From an uncultured virus (IMG/VR IMGVR_UViG_3300031758_000043) (lineage: Duplodnaviria; Heunggongvirae; Uroviricota; Caudoviricetes): a DNA stretch of 64,000 nt. Position 1 is the stretch's first letter. Each line of letters begins with the position of its first letter. Below are positions 30,276-40,900 of this stretch, piece after piece. A model generated the notes under the pieces. The model was given only the letters and a program-made list of their open reading frames with translations. It searched no databases and was not told the DNA's origin. Made by a program: the position numbers and the translations under genes. The DNA is taken from positions 1-64,000 of IMG/VR virus record IMGVR_UViG_3300031758_000043; one strand, 5' to 3'.

Positions 30276-33275
30276 TTAGAAGCTCGGTATAAATCCAGTA
30301 GAATCTGAACTTAACGTTCCTCCAACTCTTGTGATAGTGATTCGGTTGATGAACTTTTGAATTCCTCTTGGGAAGTCTACTCGAATATCAATGATTGCTG
30401 CATTTGCAGAGATCACCTCGTTCGTATTATTTGAAGAATCAAATATCACTTCAAAAGAGTTGACTCCTCGGGCATTCAATACTGCCGTCATGTAGTTTTC
30501 AACGATAGTTCTTACTCTTAGTCTTGTGATCTCATCATTGAAATCAAACAAGAAGTTGAACAAGATCTTCTCAATGTCTCTCTCGATAGTCGATAAGTTA
30601 TCTCTAACGTGAGCGTTGTTAAGAGCTGAATTGATTCTTTGGTATGCAGTGTTATTAGAGAATAGGATGATTCCAAATCCTCTACGTTTAACTGTCAAGT
30701 TGAATCCAGCTGGCTCCAAGTAATCTCTGTCCTCGTCAGTAAGATCGTATTCTAATCCTACTACTTCAGGATCTGTGATTGCTCCACGTTTTCCTCCAGC
30801 TACGATCAAGAAAGGAGTTCCGTTCTTGAATTTTCTAACGTATAAGTTAGAGATGTAACCAGCTTGTGGAACCGAGATGTTCTTGCTTCCACTTCTAACT
30901 ATCAAGTTAGGGAAGTGATAAGAAGCATAAGAAGATAGAGGAACTCCCTTAACATCCTCTTCAGCAAACTTAAACGTGAAGCTTGGATTTAAAGAAAGAT
31001 CTCCACCTTGAGAGATATACTCAGTTGAAACCAATTTAGTAGTTCTATTGATGAAGCTAGGATCTACTGATTTCTCAAACTGCTGAACAGATGGAGCGTT
31101 TAGTAGAGCCATTGCTTGGCCGTTAAGAGCAGCTAACTTAGCTAAGTGATACTTAGAAGATGCAGAGATTGTTCCAGCATAAGAGTCAACCACGTATCTA
31201 AAGTCTACAACTTCTCCGTTTGCTAAGGTCTGTGGAATTGAAGTCGAAGTGAAAAGGTAATCTAAGATTCCGCCTGTTCCTTCAAGTCTTTCAGCAGTTC
31301 CATTAGGAAGAAGATCATTACGAAGAGCAAAAGGTTTCAAGTTTTGTCCCTTTAAGCTTGTCGCAAAGTTATAGATTCCTTTGTAAACTGAAACCTCATT
31401 TCCAGTTGTGTCTAGTCCTTGAACCTCATCTACACTAGGTGCCATTGTAGTCACAGTGTAAGTCAAAGTATAAGGGCTAAGCTCCTCAGCTTGAGAGACT
31501 GAGATGATTTTTAGCAATCGTGGACGAACTGATCCGGTGATCTTTGCTTTGATAAAGTTATTCACCTTAATGAATTCGTCGATCTTAGCTTTGTTTGCTG
31601 TGTTCGCAGTATTGATTCCCAAAATCAGCTTATTAGGCTGTATGATATCGTAGCTAGTAAAGAAGTTAGTATCAGTAAGATCAAAAATGTGCTTGAATTC
31701 TTCACCAGAATCTAAAATGATCTTTACATAGTCTTCTGTGTCAGGTCCAGTGTAATAGTTAACACTCACTTGATTCAATAAAGAAATGTCTTGGAAGATA
31801 AGAATCTTAATATAAGGAATGGTTCCATTCAAGAAGTTATCAAGCACTTTAACATAATAAGTGTTAGATCCATCGACCATTTCATCACCAGTCTGAATGA
31901 ATCCCATCATGTACGACTCATATAACTTACTTCCTTTAGTCGCAACTAAGTAAGAATCACCAACGAGTGGAGTCACTTCATAAAGGTCTCCTTCTTGGAT
32001 AGGAAGAGTGTTTCCGTTATCCTGGAATCCAGCGTTGAATGAAGATTCATTTAATACTCCGACTACCGATGGATTATTTGATAACATAAAGATAAGCTCT
32101 CCATCAGAAGGCTTAGCGTAACTTAATGTGTTAATCAATGGAGTTGAAAGCTGAGTAGTTAAGTCAGTATCGTATCCAAAATCATCAGCTGCATAAGAAT
32201 CTAGTGAATCTAATTCATCAAATCCGTGTCCAACTAAGTCAATTCTATGAGTAGTGACGTCTTGATCAGCGAATGACGTGTTAGTCAAGTCAATCAAGTC
32301 TAGTTTTTCAATGTCTAATGCACAAAGAATTCCAGTAGTAGGATATGCACGATTTACTAATCTATCGATAGAAACAGTAACTCCGCTCTGGTCTCTAAAA
32401 TCAGGAATTAAACATCCGATTGTTCTTGTAATTACTTTGATCTCTCTTAATGCAAAGAAATCAGATGCTTTAGCAGATTTTAGTCCTACTGAATCAAAAA
32501 ACTGGCTGTATACTGGGTCTTTTGAAAGTTTCAAATAATTAGACCAGTCACCGCTAATCATGATTACTTCAACGAAATAATCAGCGATAAAATCATCAGG
32601 GTGAACAAATTCAGGAAATTCTGTTCCTGCGCCAGCAACATTTGAATACCATTCTTTTGCAGTTACGTCATATCCTGTAATAGCTGCTTTTCTTACCCAA
32701 ATCGTAGCATTATTGTATCCTAAGTTAGCAAAGGAAAGAATTTTATTCGCATCAATTGAAGTTATTCCAAATCCTCCAGGGTTAGTGATGTAATCATCAC
32801 CTAAGGAAATATTCTTTGACTTGTTTAACTCATCAGCAGATGCAAACCATAATCTTTGACGATTAAAGAAGTTAACCGCTGGCCATGCATCAGGTACAGC
32901 ATCCGAGTTATTTGAAGAAGCTTCAGTATTGAACGTAGTGTAATACGCTAGGTCCAAGTTTAACGCAGGATCTTCCTCAATGTCTAAAGGCATAACGTTT
33001 AGAGCAAAAACAGGTCCTTCTCTAAGAGCGACTTCAATCGTTCTATGGAAGTAACTTCCTGCTTTTTCTAGTTTTGGATCGATCTCTCCAAATACTGCTT
33101 TTAGGGTTCTAACGTCGTTAATTAACACAACAGTATTGTAGGGTCCTACTCGGCTAGATCCGACAACAAGTCGGCCGGTCGTAAGAGGCAAGACGATGTT
33201 CTCGCTCGCGTCTATCTCAACCGTGTAAACACCGCTTGACTTGTAATTGTTCAGGTTTATCCTTGGTTCAGCCAT
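30276..33275 (-). CDS. Contractile tail sheath protein (gp18-like)
   Basis: N-terminal SSGVYTVEIDAS; C-terminal LFDFNDEITR...IFDSSNNTNEVI...IDIRV sheath signature. Confidence 0.9.
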   Translation of the reverse strand: MAEPRINLNNYKSSGVYTVEIDASENIVLPLTTGRLVVGSSRVGPYNTVVLINDVRTLKAVFGEIDPKLEKAGSYFHRTIEVALREGPVFALNVMPLDIEEDPALNLDLAYYTTFNTEASSNNSDAVPDAWPAVNFFNRQRLWFASADELNKSKNISLGDDYITNPGGFGITSIDANKILSFANLGYNNATIWVRKAAITGYDVTAKEWYSNVAGAGTEFPEFVHPDDFIADYFVEVIMISGDWSNYLKLSKDPVYSQFFDSVGLKSAKASDFFALREIKVITRTIGCLIPDFRDQSGVTVSIDRLVNRAYPTTGILCALDIEKLDLIDLTNTSFADQDVTTHRIDLVGHGFDELDSLDSYAADDFGYDTDLTTQLSTPLINTLSYAKPSDGELIFMLSNNPSVVGVLNESSFNAGFQDNGNTLPIQEGDLYEVTPLVGDSYLVATKGSKLYESYMMGFIQTGDEMVDGSNTYYVKVLDNFLNGTIPYIKILIFQDISLLNQVSVNYYTGPDTEDYVKIILDSGEEFKHIFDLTDTNFFTSYDIIQPNKLILGINTANTANKAKIDEFIKVNNFIKAKITGSVRPRLLKIISVSQAEELSPYTLTYTVTTMAPSVDEVQGLDTTGNEVSVYKGIYNFATSLKGQNLKPFALRNDLLPNGTAERLEGTGGILDYLFTSTSIPQTLANGEVVDFRYVVDSYAGTISASSKYHLAKLAALNGQAMALLNAPSVQQFEKSVDPSFINRTTKLVSTEYISQGGDLSLNPSFTFKFAEEDVKGVPLSSYASYHFPNLIVRSGSKNISVPQAGYISNLYVRKFKNGTPFLIVAGGKRGAITDPEVVGLEYDLTDEDRDYLEPAGFNLTVKRRGFGIILFSNNTAYQRINSALNNAHVRDNLSTIERDIEKILFNFLFDFNDEITRLRVRTIVENYMTAVLNARGVNSFEVIFDSSNNTNEVISANAAIIDIRVDFPRGIQKFINRITITRVGGTLSSDSTGFIPSF

Positions 33276-33391
33276 TTCTGTGTAGATATTTTTAGTTTAT
33301 TTATCTAAATTTATAGCAACAAATCCAAAAAATTTGAAAAATTAAGATCCTCTGGCCCGTTTCTAGTATAATATAACAAATACTGTGTATA

Positions 33392-33859
33392 ATGGCAAAC
33401 GTAGACAACACTTGTGCTGACTTAGAGATTGAAGATCTTTACTCAAAAAGCACCGATACTTTAGGCGACATCATGGCTCTCCAAAAGGACACTCAAAACA
33501 ACGTTTATGGATGGGATTTTGAGGGCATGACTCTTCGAGAGATCATGTCATTTTGGCACGCAAATACTCACGCAATGGTCGATGAGATTCATGAAGCGAC
33601 TGATGCATTGGGAGGAATCAAAGACGGAAGCGGAAACGCCATTTGGAAATATTGGAAGAAGGACTTTGAAAAGTACAGTTTCATGAAATTCTCAGATCTT
33701 TCCGAGACTGATCAGCTTGAAGCAAAATTTGAAATCATTGACATGCTTCATTTTTTTATGAATTACGCAATCTCAATCGGAATGACTCCTCAGGAGATGT
33801 ACAACATGTACATGTCTAAGAATAAGGAGAACAGAGATCGTCAATCTAGAGGCTATTAA
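33392..33859 (+). CDS. T4 gp56-like dCTP/dUTP pyrophosphatase (all-alpha NTP-PPase)
   Basis: DEIHE, WKYWK, EIIDMLHFFMN and C-terminal KNKENRDRQSRGY. Confidence 0.85.
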   Translation: MANVDNTCADLEIEDLYSKSTDTLGDIMALQKDTQNNVYGWDFEGMTLREIMSFWHANTHAMVDEIHEATDALGGIKDGSGNAIWKYWKKDFEKYSFMKFSDLSETDQLEAKFEIIDMLHFFMNYAISIGMTPQEMYNMYMSKNKENRDRQSRGY

Positions 33860-33901
33860 TTTTAATAGTTACCATAAATTTAGTAAAATAACCCCAATAC
33901 A

Positions 33902-34132
33902 ATGGATACAATCCCAGGCGGAGGTGGACAACCTCAATTAAACATTAACTTAGCTGATGCTCCATACATGGAGTGTGAAGAGTGTCAAGGAAAGCTTTTT
34001 GAAGAAAAGATGATGATCAAAAAGGTTTCTAAATTCATGACTGGCTCCGATCAGGACTCAATCGTCCCAATTCCAGTCATCGCTTGCGCTAAGTGTGGAC
34101 ACGTAAACGAATTATTTAAACCAAAAGTATGA
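33902..34132 (+). CDS. Small zinc-ribbon protein
   Basis: CEEC...CAKCGH. Confidence 0.75.
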   Translation: MDTIPGGGGQPQLNINLADAPYMECEECQGKLFEEKMMIKKVSKFMTGSDQDSIVPIPVIACAKCGHVNELFKPKV

Positions 34133-35547
34133 TAGTAGGATCTGAAGTATTGAATGATGGAACTTTTCTAGTCTCTTATTATGATGAGAACGGTAAAACC
34201 GCTTTCATGAAGAAGAGGTTAGCTGACCATGAGCTCTATAACTGGGTCGAATCTTCTAATCCAACTGCTACTCGCAATTGGGATGGGAAGTTCGTCAAAC
34301 GTGGAATGAGCGCCGGCCAATACATCAATCAATTTAGGATCCAAGAACTAATTCGTGAAAAACTCACAGCCGAGGAGATCGCAGCAGTCTATAACCAAGA
34401 TAACTTTCCTAAAAAGACTTACCTCGATATCGAGATCAAGCTAATAGACGATAGCTTTCCAGAACCAGATAAAGCTCGAATGCCAGTAGGTCTTATCTCC
34501 TTTTGTAATGAGGATAACGTCACCTACATTCTTTCTATTCTTAACTCTGAAGATCAGCCTGACGGTTTGACTCAAGATCAGATAACTCAGATGGAAAAGG
34601 ACGTGAACGATTACTTTAGAAAGACCGTTCCTCTTAGAGAAGCCGACCGTGCACTATTTGAGCAAGATTTTAAGATCAAATACAAGTTCTTCAAGACTGA
34701 GGAAGAGTTAATGGAATTCTATTTTCATCGAATCATGCCGCATTTCTCATTTGTTACTGGATGGAATGTGACTGAATTTGACTGGAAGTATCTCATGAAT
34801 CGAGCCAAAAACATCAAAGTCGATGCAATGGCAACCATGCCGACTAAATCTACTTTCTCAAAGGTAAAGATACCAACTCACCTAGGAGTTCTCGATTACA
34901 TGCAAGTCTTTGAAAAGCTCAAGCCTTATAAAGTCGTTGAGAATTACAAGTTAGACTATATTGCAGAACTCGTCCTAGGTACCGCCAAATTGAAGCACGA
35001 TTACTCATCATTCATAGAGTTTCAAAAAGATACTTATCTCTTTACTATGTATAACGTGATTGACGTCATCCTAGTAAAACTAATTGAAGATAAGCTTTCA
35101 ATCCTAGATGTTGCCTTTGAGATGTCTAACGTTGCCCAAGTCGATGTGAATAAAGTATTTAGTCCAGTACACATTGCAGAGCTTCTAATGTGTCGTGAAT
35201 TTCTAAATAAGAATCTTAAAATGATGAAGCTCCCTTGGGGAGAAGAGGTACTCGATGCGACCTATGCTGGTGCATACGTTAAGGATCCTATTCCAGGTTA
35301 CTATAACGCGATCGCATGTTATGACTTCTCTTCAATGTATCCAAACATTCAGATTCAATTCAATATCTCACCAGACACTTATTTAGGCAAGATTGATAAA
35401 GTAAAGAAGGATGGAACCGAGATCCATACTAAAAACGATACCATGTTTTCAAGCAAATCAGACTCTGTTGCTCGAACAATACTGACTCGACTCTATGATG
35501 AAAGAATCAAGACACAAGGGGAGATCAAAAAACTTAAAAACTCATAA
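34129..35547 (+). CDS. Family B DNA polymerase, N-terminal subunit of a split enzyme (exonuclease + motif A)
   Basis: YLDIEI, GWNVTEFDWKYL, YNVIDV, YAGAYV and DFSSMYPN are present; the ORF stops before motifs B and C. Confidence 0.85.
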   Translation: MIVGSEVLNDGTFLVSYYDENGKTAFMKKRLADHELYNWVESSNPTATRNWDGKFVKRGMSAGQYINQFRIQELIREKLTAEEIAAVYNQDNFPKKTYLDIEIKLIDDSFPEPDKARMPVGLISFCNEDNVTYILSILNSEDQPDGLTQDQITQMEKDVNDYFRKTVPLREADRALFEQDFKIKYKFFKTEEELMEFYFHRIMPHFSFVTGWNVTEFDWKYLMNRAKNIKVDAMATMPTKSTFSKVKIPTHLGVLDYMQVFEKLKPYKVVENYKLDYIAELVLGTAKLKHDYSSFIEFQKDTYLFTMYNVIDVILVKLIEDKLSILDVAFEMSNVAQVDVNKVFSPVHIAELLMCREFLNKNLKMMKLPWGEEVLDATYAGAYVKDPIPGYYNAIACYDFSSMYPNIQIQFNISPDTYLGKIDKVKKDGTEIHTKNDTMFSSKSDSVARTILTRLYDERIKTQGEIKKLKNS

Positions 35548-35548
35548 A

Positions 35549-35776
35549 ATGGCAAAACCTATACTAGTAGTTGCATTTCCAGTACAAGTAGAGCTAGATG
35601 AAATATCTGCAGTAATCATACCTCTTGAACGTAGGCTCACTGATTACCACGTCATCGCATATCGAGCATCAGACATAACTGAATTAAATCTTAAAGTTCT
35701 CAATCCTGGAGAGTCTTCTGATCTTGATATTGAGGCTCTTAAAAAACAAATCAAAGAAAAAATCTTTAAACAATAA
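35549..35776 (+). CDS. Hypothetical protein
   Basis: Likely start MAKPILVVAFP, 1 nt after the polymerase stop. Confidence 0.65.
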   Translation: MAKPILVVAFPVQVELDEISAVIIPLERRLTDYHVIAYRASDITELNLKVLNPGESSDLDIEALKKQIKEKIFKQ

Positions 35777-35778
35777 AT

Positions 35779-36084
35779 ATGAACACACCAGAAAATTTTA
35801 TCAATTGGCTTGAGGGATTCCTCGATGCATGTAAAAACAAACCAACTGCTCCTCAAATCAAGGAGATCAGAAAGAAGATATCAGATATCAAACCCTCAAG
35901 TGGTGATACTTATCAAGCTCTTTGGAATCCAAATGTTGAACCCATGCCTATGAATAGTTTCCCAACTATAGGACTAGTTCAACCAGACAGTATTGAACCA
36001 AATAATGGCCCACTAGATGAAGCGTTTATGGCAGAAATTGAAAAAAGAAAGTCCGCTACTACAATGGACGAGCTTTTTGACTAA
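35779..36084 (+). CDS. Hypothetical protein
   Basis: MNTPENFINWLEGFLD, a common phage small-protein N-terminus. Confidence 0.7.
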   Translation: MNTPENFINWLEGFLDACKNKPTAPQIKEIRKKISDIKPSSGDTYQALWNPNVEPMPMNSFPTIGLVQPDSIEPNNGPLDEAFMAEIEKRKSATTMDELFD

Positions 36085-36100
36085 AAAAAATAAGAAGAAG

Positions 36101-36748
36101 ATGAATGAGGATAAGTTGATTTCTCTTATGGAGAACTTCACTGGTCAGAAATTCCAGTGGATCAAAACAAATAGACCTGAACTTTTAGGTAAGGTCGTGA
36201 CTTGTAGAAATATTGAGCCTAGAGGAGATCGCTTTTTTGCTCAATTTGATGATGGGTCATCAGTGGACACCGCTCAATTAAACTCTAATCTTTTAATGAT
36301 TAGCGGTGACATGCATCCTTTAACTAAAGCGGAAGTCGAGGCGATTTCAGGTCCACGTCGACCCACTACTTCTCCTGCCCAACAAAGACATTCTGCCGCA
36401 CAACCTGCATCACAACAGACTTCTCCACACATGGGAGCTCAGCCTGCGAATCAGCCAGTCTCTCATGCAGGCCCTAAAGCCAATATGTTTGACATGTTTA
36501 GTTCAGAAAACAGTCAGATCAGTCTAAGCCTTCTAGTAAAGCTTCCAGACAAGAAGCTATTAAAGCTTATGTACACTAACGCTGAAGACAAGGAGAAGTT
36601 TTTAGAAGAACTTTCTGAGTACGTTTTTCGTGAGATAAATAAAACTGTAGTGAAGGAAGCCGTTTCTTCTATAGTAGTTCCTCCTGGACAGACTAAAAGA
36701 GAACGCACTGGACCTACTATAACAGTGAACGAGATCCATGAAACTTGA
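36101..36748 (+). CDS. Hypothetical protein with central Pro/Gln linker
   Basis: Likely start MNEDKLISL (in frame with track ORF 36017). Confidence 0.7.
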   Translation: MNEDKLISLMENFTGQKFQWIKTNRPELLGKVVTCRNIEPRGDRFFAQFDDGSSVDTAQLNSNLLMISGDMHPLTKAEVEAISGPRRPTTSPAQQRHSAAQPASQQTSPHMGAQPANQPVSHAGPKANMFDMFSSENSQISLSLLVKLPDKKLLKLMYTNAEDKEKFLEELSEYVFREINKTVVKEAVSSIVVPPGQTKRERTGPTITVNEIHET

Positions 36749-37295
36749 TGCTTTTAACCAGACTGAAGAATACTCTGACGGAACCTATAAGGTTTTAAAC
36801 TTTACCGGAGATAAGGGAAAATTCAAAAGAATTTCTTGTTCAAAGGAAGCAATATGTTTGCTTCCTTTTGACGTTAATGAAGACGGTAAGATCAAGAATG
36901 TGTATCTTGCTAAATACCATGACTATGTCCTAGATGGACAGAACCACCGGTGTATCACAACTAGCCTGGAGCCTGATGATTTTGAGACCTATCATGATTC
37001 TTTGATCAGCTGTATTGACCGTGAGTTAGGATTAGATGACGTTGAAGTCAATGACTTATATTATTTAGGCCAAGTTAGACACACTATCCCATTTACTAAG
37101 AATTATAAGTGTTACGCAGTAAATGTGACTAATTATTCAGAAGATCCTACTGGATTTACTCCTAAGCTATCGGATCCAACTGATAAGCTTCACTCTATCG
37201 ATAAGGTACGATTTAGCAGAGTCATTAATGGAGAGATCTGTGATTCTTTAACTTTGTCCTGTGCGATTTTACTCATTTCTTACCTTTCTGAGTAG
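36738..37295 (+). CDS. Degenerate Nudix-fold protein
   Basis: AICLLPF strand, a degenerate box (SLEPDDFETYHDSLISCIDRELGL) and GEICDSLTL resemble the ADP-ribose pyrophosphatase layout. Confidence 0.45.
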   Translation: MKLDAFNQTEEYSDGTYKVLNFTGDKGKFKRISCSKEAICLLPFDVNEDGKIKNVYLAKYHDYVLDGQNHRCITTSLEPDDFETYHDSLISCIDRELGLDDVEVNDLYYLGQVRHTIPFTKNYKCYAVNVTNYSEDPTGFTPKLSDPTDKLHSIDKVRFSRVINGEICDSLTLSCAILLISYLSE

Positions 37296-37339
37296 AACTT
37301 TTATCCTTTTTTAAGTAAAAGATAAAAAAATAGATAAAC

Positions 37340-38536
37340 ATGGCAAAAGTGAATGACGCTATCTCAGCGTTCAACAAATTCAATGACCTCCTTGAAAAGA
37401 AAGTAAAATCGAAAGTTTCCTTAATGGGATTTTCGGACATCGATGAGTACATTCCTACTGGAAACTATTTACTAAATGCTCAAATCTCAGGTTCAGTATT
37501 TGGCGGTTATCCAAACACACGTAGCATAGGCATTGCTGGTGATTCTGGCGCAGGAAAGACTTTCTTGTGTCTAAACGCTGTACGAGAGCTTCAAAAGAAA
37601 GATTATTTCGTCTTTTATATAGATACTGAGGGAGCAATCGACAGATCAGACTACATCAAGTTTGGAGTAGACCTAGAGAAATTAAAGTATCTTCGTATGG
37701 GTCTAATCAGCGACGTCAAGTTCTTTATCAATGACTTTATTGATACGATGAAGGAGAACCCTGGACTTAAAGCAGCAATCTTTGTTGATTCAGTTGGAAT
37801 GCTTGATACTGATAAAAGCAAGAGAGACATGGACGCTGGTAAAAATGCAGCAGACATGGGACTAAGATCTAAGGAGCTTCGTGCGATGTTTAAGTCATTT
37901 ACCCTAGATCTTTCAAACTTGAAAGTTCCATTCCTGTTTACCAATCATACGTATGCCTCAATGGATCAGTATACTCCTAAAGGAATGTCTGGAGGAGGCG
38001 GTCCTGAGTTTTCAGCCTCAATCATCTTGATGTTAAGTAAAGGAACTTTGCGTGATGAGACCAAGACTACTACTGGAATCATTGTTAGATCCAAGACTAG
38101 AAAGAATCGATTAGCTAAGCCTATCGATATCGAGTTTCACATCTCCTTTCATAAGGGAATGAATCAATTTGTCGGCCTTGAGCAATTCGTGAGTTGGGAA
38201 AACTGTGGAGTAGGTAGAGGAAATAAACTTACTGAAAAGGAGTTCTCAAAACTTAAACCTGATGAGCAGTCTCTCTGTTCAGAGTTCGACGTCGATGGAG
38301 AAAAGTTTTATTTTCTTCCTAAGAAGCTAGGAAAGAACTATGTGATTCGACACAATGGTGACTTAGTACCAGTAAAAGATTTCTTTTCAGCTCGTCTCTT
38401 TACTCAAGAGGTCTTACAGGAATTAGATGAAAAAGTAATCAAGCCAACTTTTAAGTTTCCTGAATCTCAAGACGAAATAGATCTTTTAGAGAATGATGAA
38501 CTTGGAAATTTGACCGACGATGAGGACTCGCTCTAA
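37340..38536 (+). CDS. uvsX: UvsX/RecA-like recombinase
   Basis: IPTGNYLLN, GDSGAGKT, YIDTEGA, FVDSVG, FTNHTY and MSGGGG. Confidence 0.9.
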   Translation: MAKVNDAISAFNKFNDLLEKKVKSKVSLMGFSDIDEYIPTGNYLLNAQISGSVFGGYPNTRSIGIAGDSGAGKTFLCLNAVRELQKKDYFVFYIDTEGAIDRSDYIKFGVDLEKLKYLRMGLISDVKFFINDFIDTMKENPGLKAAIFVDSVGMLDTDKSKRDMDAGKNAADMGLRSKELRAMFKSFTLDLSNLKVPFLFTNHTYASMDQYTPKGMSGGGGPEFSASIILMLSKGTLRDETKTTTGIIVRSKTRKNRLAKPIDIEFHISFHKGMNQFVGLEQFVSWENCGVGRGNKLTEKEFSKLKPDEQSLCSEFDVDGEKFYFLPKKLGKNYVIRHNGDLVPVKDFFSARLFTQEVLQELDEKVIKPTFKFPESQDEIDLLENDELGNLTDDEDSL

Positions 38537-38852
38537 TCTTCCTATAAAGTACTATTTAGGGCTTCATAATGAGGAAGGACTAAGTGATAAGTTTTCCATT
38601 CTTTTTGAGATCTCACAATACTTAATTAGGGTCCATGAATCCAAAGGAAAGACTCTTGATATAGAATCAATGAAGTTCTCGTCTAAATCTCTAAAATATG
38701 TTTTTGGAGATAGGATAAAAGATGAAACCTTTAAGTTAACTCTAGTTAAATCATTAAAGGAACTTATTTCTGACGAGTATATTAGACCTCAGGGAGATTT
38801 CATGTTCTTTACTAAAAAAAGCATAACACATTTTTACATCATAAATGATTGA
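38520..38852 (+). CDS. Hypothetical protein
   Basis: 110-aa ORF coupled between uvsX and the helicase. Confidence 0.65.
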   Translation: MRTRSNLPIKYYLGLHNEEGLSDKFSILFEISQYLIRVHESKGKTLDIESMKFSSKSLKYVFGDRIKDETFKLTLVKSLKELISDEYIRPQGDFMFFTKKSITHFYIIND

Positions 38853-40326
38853 TTTTACCGAAAATATCGACTCTTTAGAGCTAATGGTTTGGAACTTTGT
38901 CCTGAATCCCAATAACGATTCAAGTGAGCTTCGTCCATCTAACCATGATTCTCTAAGAAGAGAGGAACTGATCACAATGATCAAGCCAAACTATTTTAAT
39001 GATGACGATCGGTTAGAATCATTCAAAGCAGCGTTAAAGTTTTTTAGGGAATATGAAAAGATTCCAAATCGAAAAGAACTAAGAAGCTATTTAGACTTGA
39101 TCCATGTGAACCTAACAGAGGATGAGTTTGAAAACCTGTACTCATTCAACCTAAAAGAATACAATTATGACTATCTATATAGTTACGTCAGAGCCTTTAT
39201 TCTTCTGAGGAATCTAAATCTTACTGTTCAGGATCTATTTACTTATTTAAAGACGACTGTGATCGATCCTAAAAACATCGATAAAGTATCAGAAAAAGTT
39301 AGGAATGATATTTCAAACAAGCTAGCGCTAAACTTTTCTAGTGCAGATACTGGCCTAAACTTCTTTAATCCAGACTCTCACATTCAAATCTCAAAAGAAG
39401 GAAGCCCTACCGGTTTTCCTTTTCTAGACAAGGTGCAAGGTGGTGGCTGGAATTCAAAGTCGCTAGTCGTTTTCCAGGGAAGACCAAAGGTTGGTAAGTC
39501 AATGGTATTAGGAAACATCGCAGCACGATCCTTTCTTTCAGGCAATGTTACTGGCTTGGTGACAGTGGAATTAGCTGACCGTGCCTACATGAAAAGAATC
39601 GGCTCAAACATCCTAAGTATCAAATCTGAGGATTATGCAAAGGTGACTGACTCTCAAGCGGCCGTCTTAATTCAACAAAAGATCGAAGAACTTCGTCTTT
39701 CTGGTAGACATGTTGGTGAACTGATAGTAAAGGAATTTCCTACTGGAGGAGCGACTGCTATTGACATTGAGAATTACTTTATTAGACTTGAACAAAAACT
39801 AAATAAGAAATTTAAGGTCATAGTGGTCGATTACTTGAATCTACTTAAACCCATCAACAATCAGAATGGTCTCTATGAAAAGATCAAAGCAATCTCCGAG
39901 GAACTTAGAGGAGTCGCGATGAGAAACGAATGGTGTATAATCAGTGCCACTCAAATTCGTAGAGAGGACATTGATAACTTTGACTTAGGCATGGATTCAG
40001 TCGCAGAGTCCTTTGGATTGATCCACACAGTGGACGCCCTATTTGGTCTAATGCGAAGCCCTCTTGAGAGCAGGATGAAGATCAAAGTAATAGCGAATAG
40101 AGATAACGGCTATGAAGAAAGCTATAAGTTCTATACGATGCACAAAGATTACTTTAGGCTTTCTGAAGAGAATGGAGTAAATAGTGAATTCTACAGCGAC
40201 GACGAAGAAGTTAGTCGACTTGCTGATGAATTAAGAAATGAATATTCTGAATTGAATACAAACTCAACGTCACCAGTCAATACCCCATCGGATGATGACT
40301 ATGACTCCCTATTCAATTCAATCTAA
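38845..40326 (+). CDS. T4 gp41-like DnaB-family replicative helicase
   Basis: PTGFPFLD, GRPKVGKS, VKEFPTG, VVDYLNL, SATQIRR and AESFGL. Confidence 0.92.
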   Translation: MIDFTENIDSLELMVWNFVLNPNNDSSELRPSNHDSLRREELITMIKPNYFNDDDRLESFKAALKFFREYEKIPNRKELRSYLDLIHVNLTEDEFENLYSFNLKEYNYDYLYSYVRAFILLRNLNLTVQDLFTYLKTTVIDPKNIDKVSEKVRNDISNKLALNFSSADTGLNFFNPDSHIQISKEGSPTGFPFLDKVQGGGWNSKSLVVFQGRPKVGKSMVLGNIAARSFLSGNVTGLVTVELADRAYMKRIGSNILSIKSEDYAKVTDSQAAVLIQQKIEELRLSGRHVGELIVKEFPTGGATAIDIENYFIRLEQKLNKKFKVIVVDYLNLLKPINNQNGLYEKIKAISEELRGVAMRNEWCIISATQIRREDIDNFDLGMDSVAESFGLIHTVDALFGLMRSPLESRMKIKVIANRDNGYEESYKFYTMHKDYFRLSEENGVNSEFYSDDEEVSRLADELRNEYSELNTNSTSPVNTPSDDDYDSLFNSI

Positions 40327-40342
40327 AAATAATCGAACATGA

Positions 40343-40900
40343 ATGACGATAGACGATTTTACAGAAGAATTTGAAAACGAAGAGACCCAGAGTTTTGAGA
40401 TTCGCGAAGATAAAATATTTAACAATAGCTATTATAACGGCGATAAACTAAAGGATTCTGATGAATATGAGTTTTCAAAAAAGATATCAGTCGCATCGGA
40501 CTACTCAGATAACTACTTAAAGGACCTTTATGATTATGAAGAGCAGCTAGAATCAAAGTTCATACTTGATGCGATCTTTGATCTATTTCAAACGGACGAG
40601 ATATTATTAACCTATACCTCTGCCCTTTCTAAGGACAAGAACTTGCCGAAGGTGAAACTCTCAAAAGAGGACATCAATCTCATCTTCAATACAGTTCATG
40701 AAAACTTGGATTTGGCTGCACATGGAATAAGTTTCTACAGTCCAATTTACATATTGGAAGCAATCTCATCAATCTCTTCAATGGAATATAAAAAGATATT
40801 TGATGCCTTGGAAACAGACACTCAAGAAATCCTAATAATTGAACTAAATAAGAAATACCGATTCCTAGACGGAAAGATGAACAAAAAAAAGATACACTAA
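40343..40900 (+). CDS. Acidic hypothetical protein; C-terminus possibly gp33-like
   Basis: YILEAISSISSMEYKKIFDALETDTQEILIIEL loosely resembles the gp33 late co-activator helices. Confidence 0.4.
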   Translation: MTIDDFTEEFENEETQSFEIREDKIFNNSYYNGDKLKDSDEYEFSKKISVASDYSDNYLKDLYDYEEQLESKFILDAIFDLFQTDEILLTYTSALSKDKNLPKVKLSKEDINLIFNTVHENLDLAAHGISFYSPIYILEAISSISSMEYKKIFDALETDTQEILIIELNKKYRFLDGKMNKKKIH

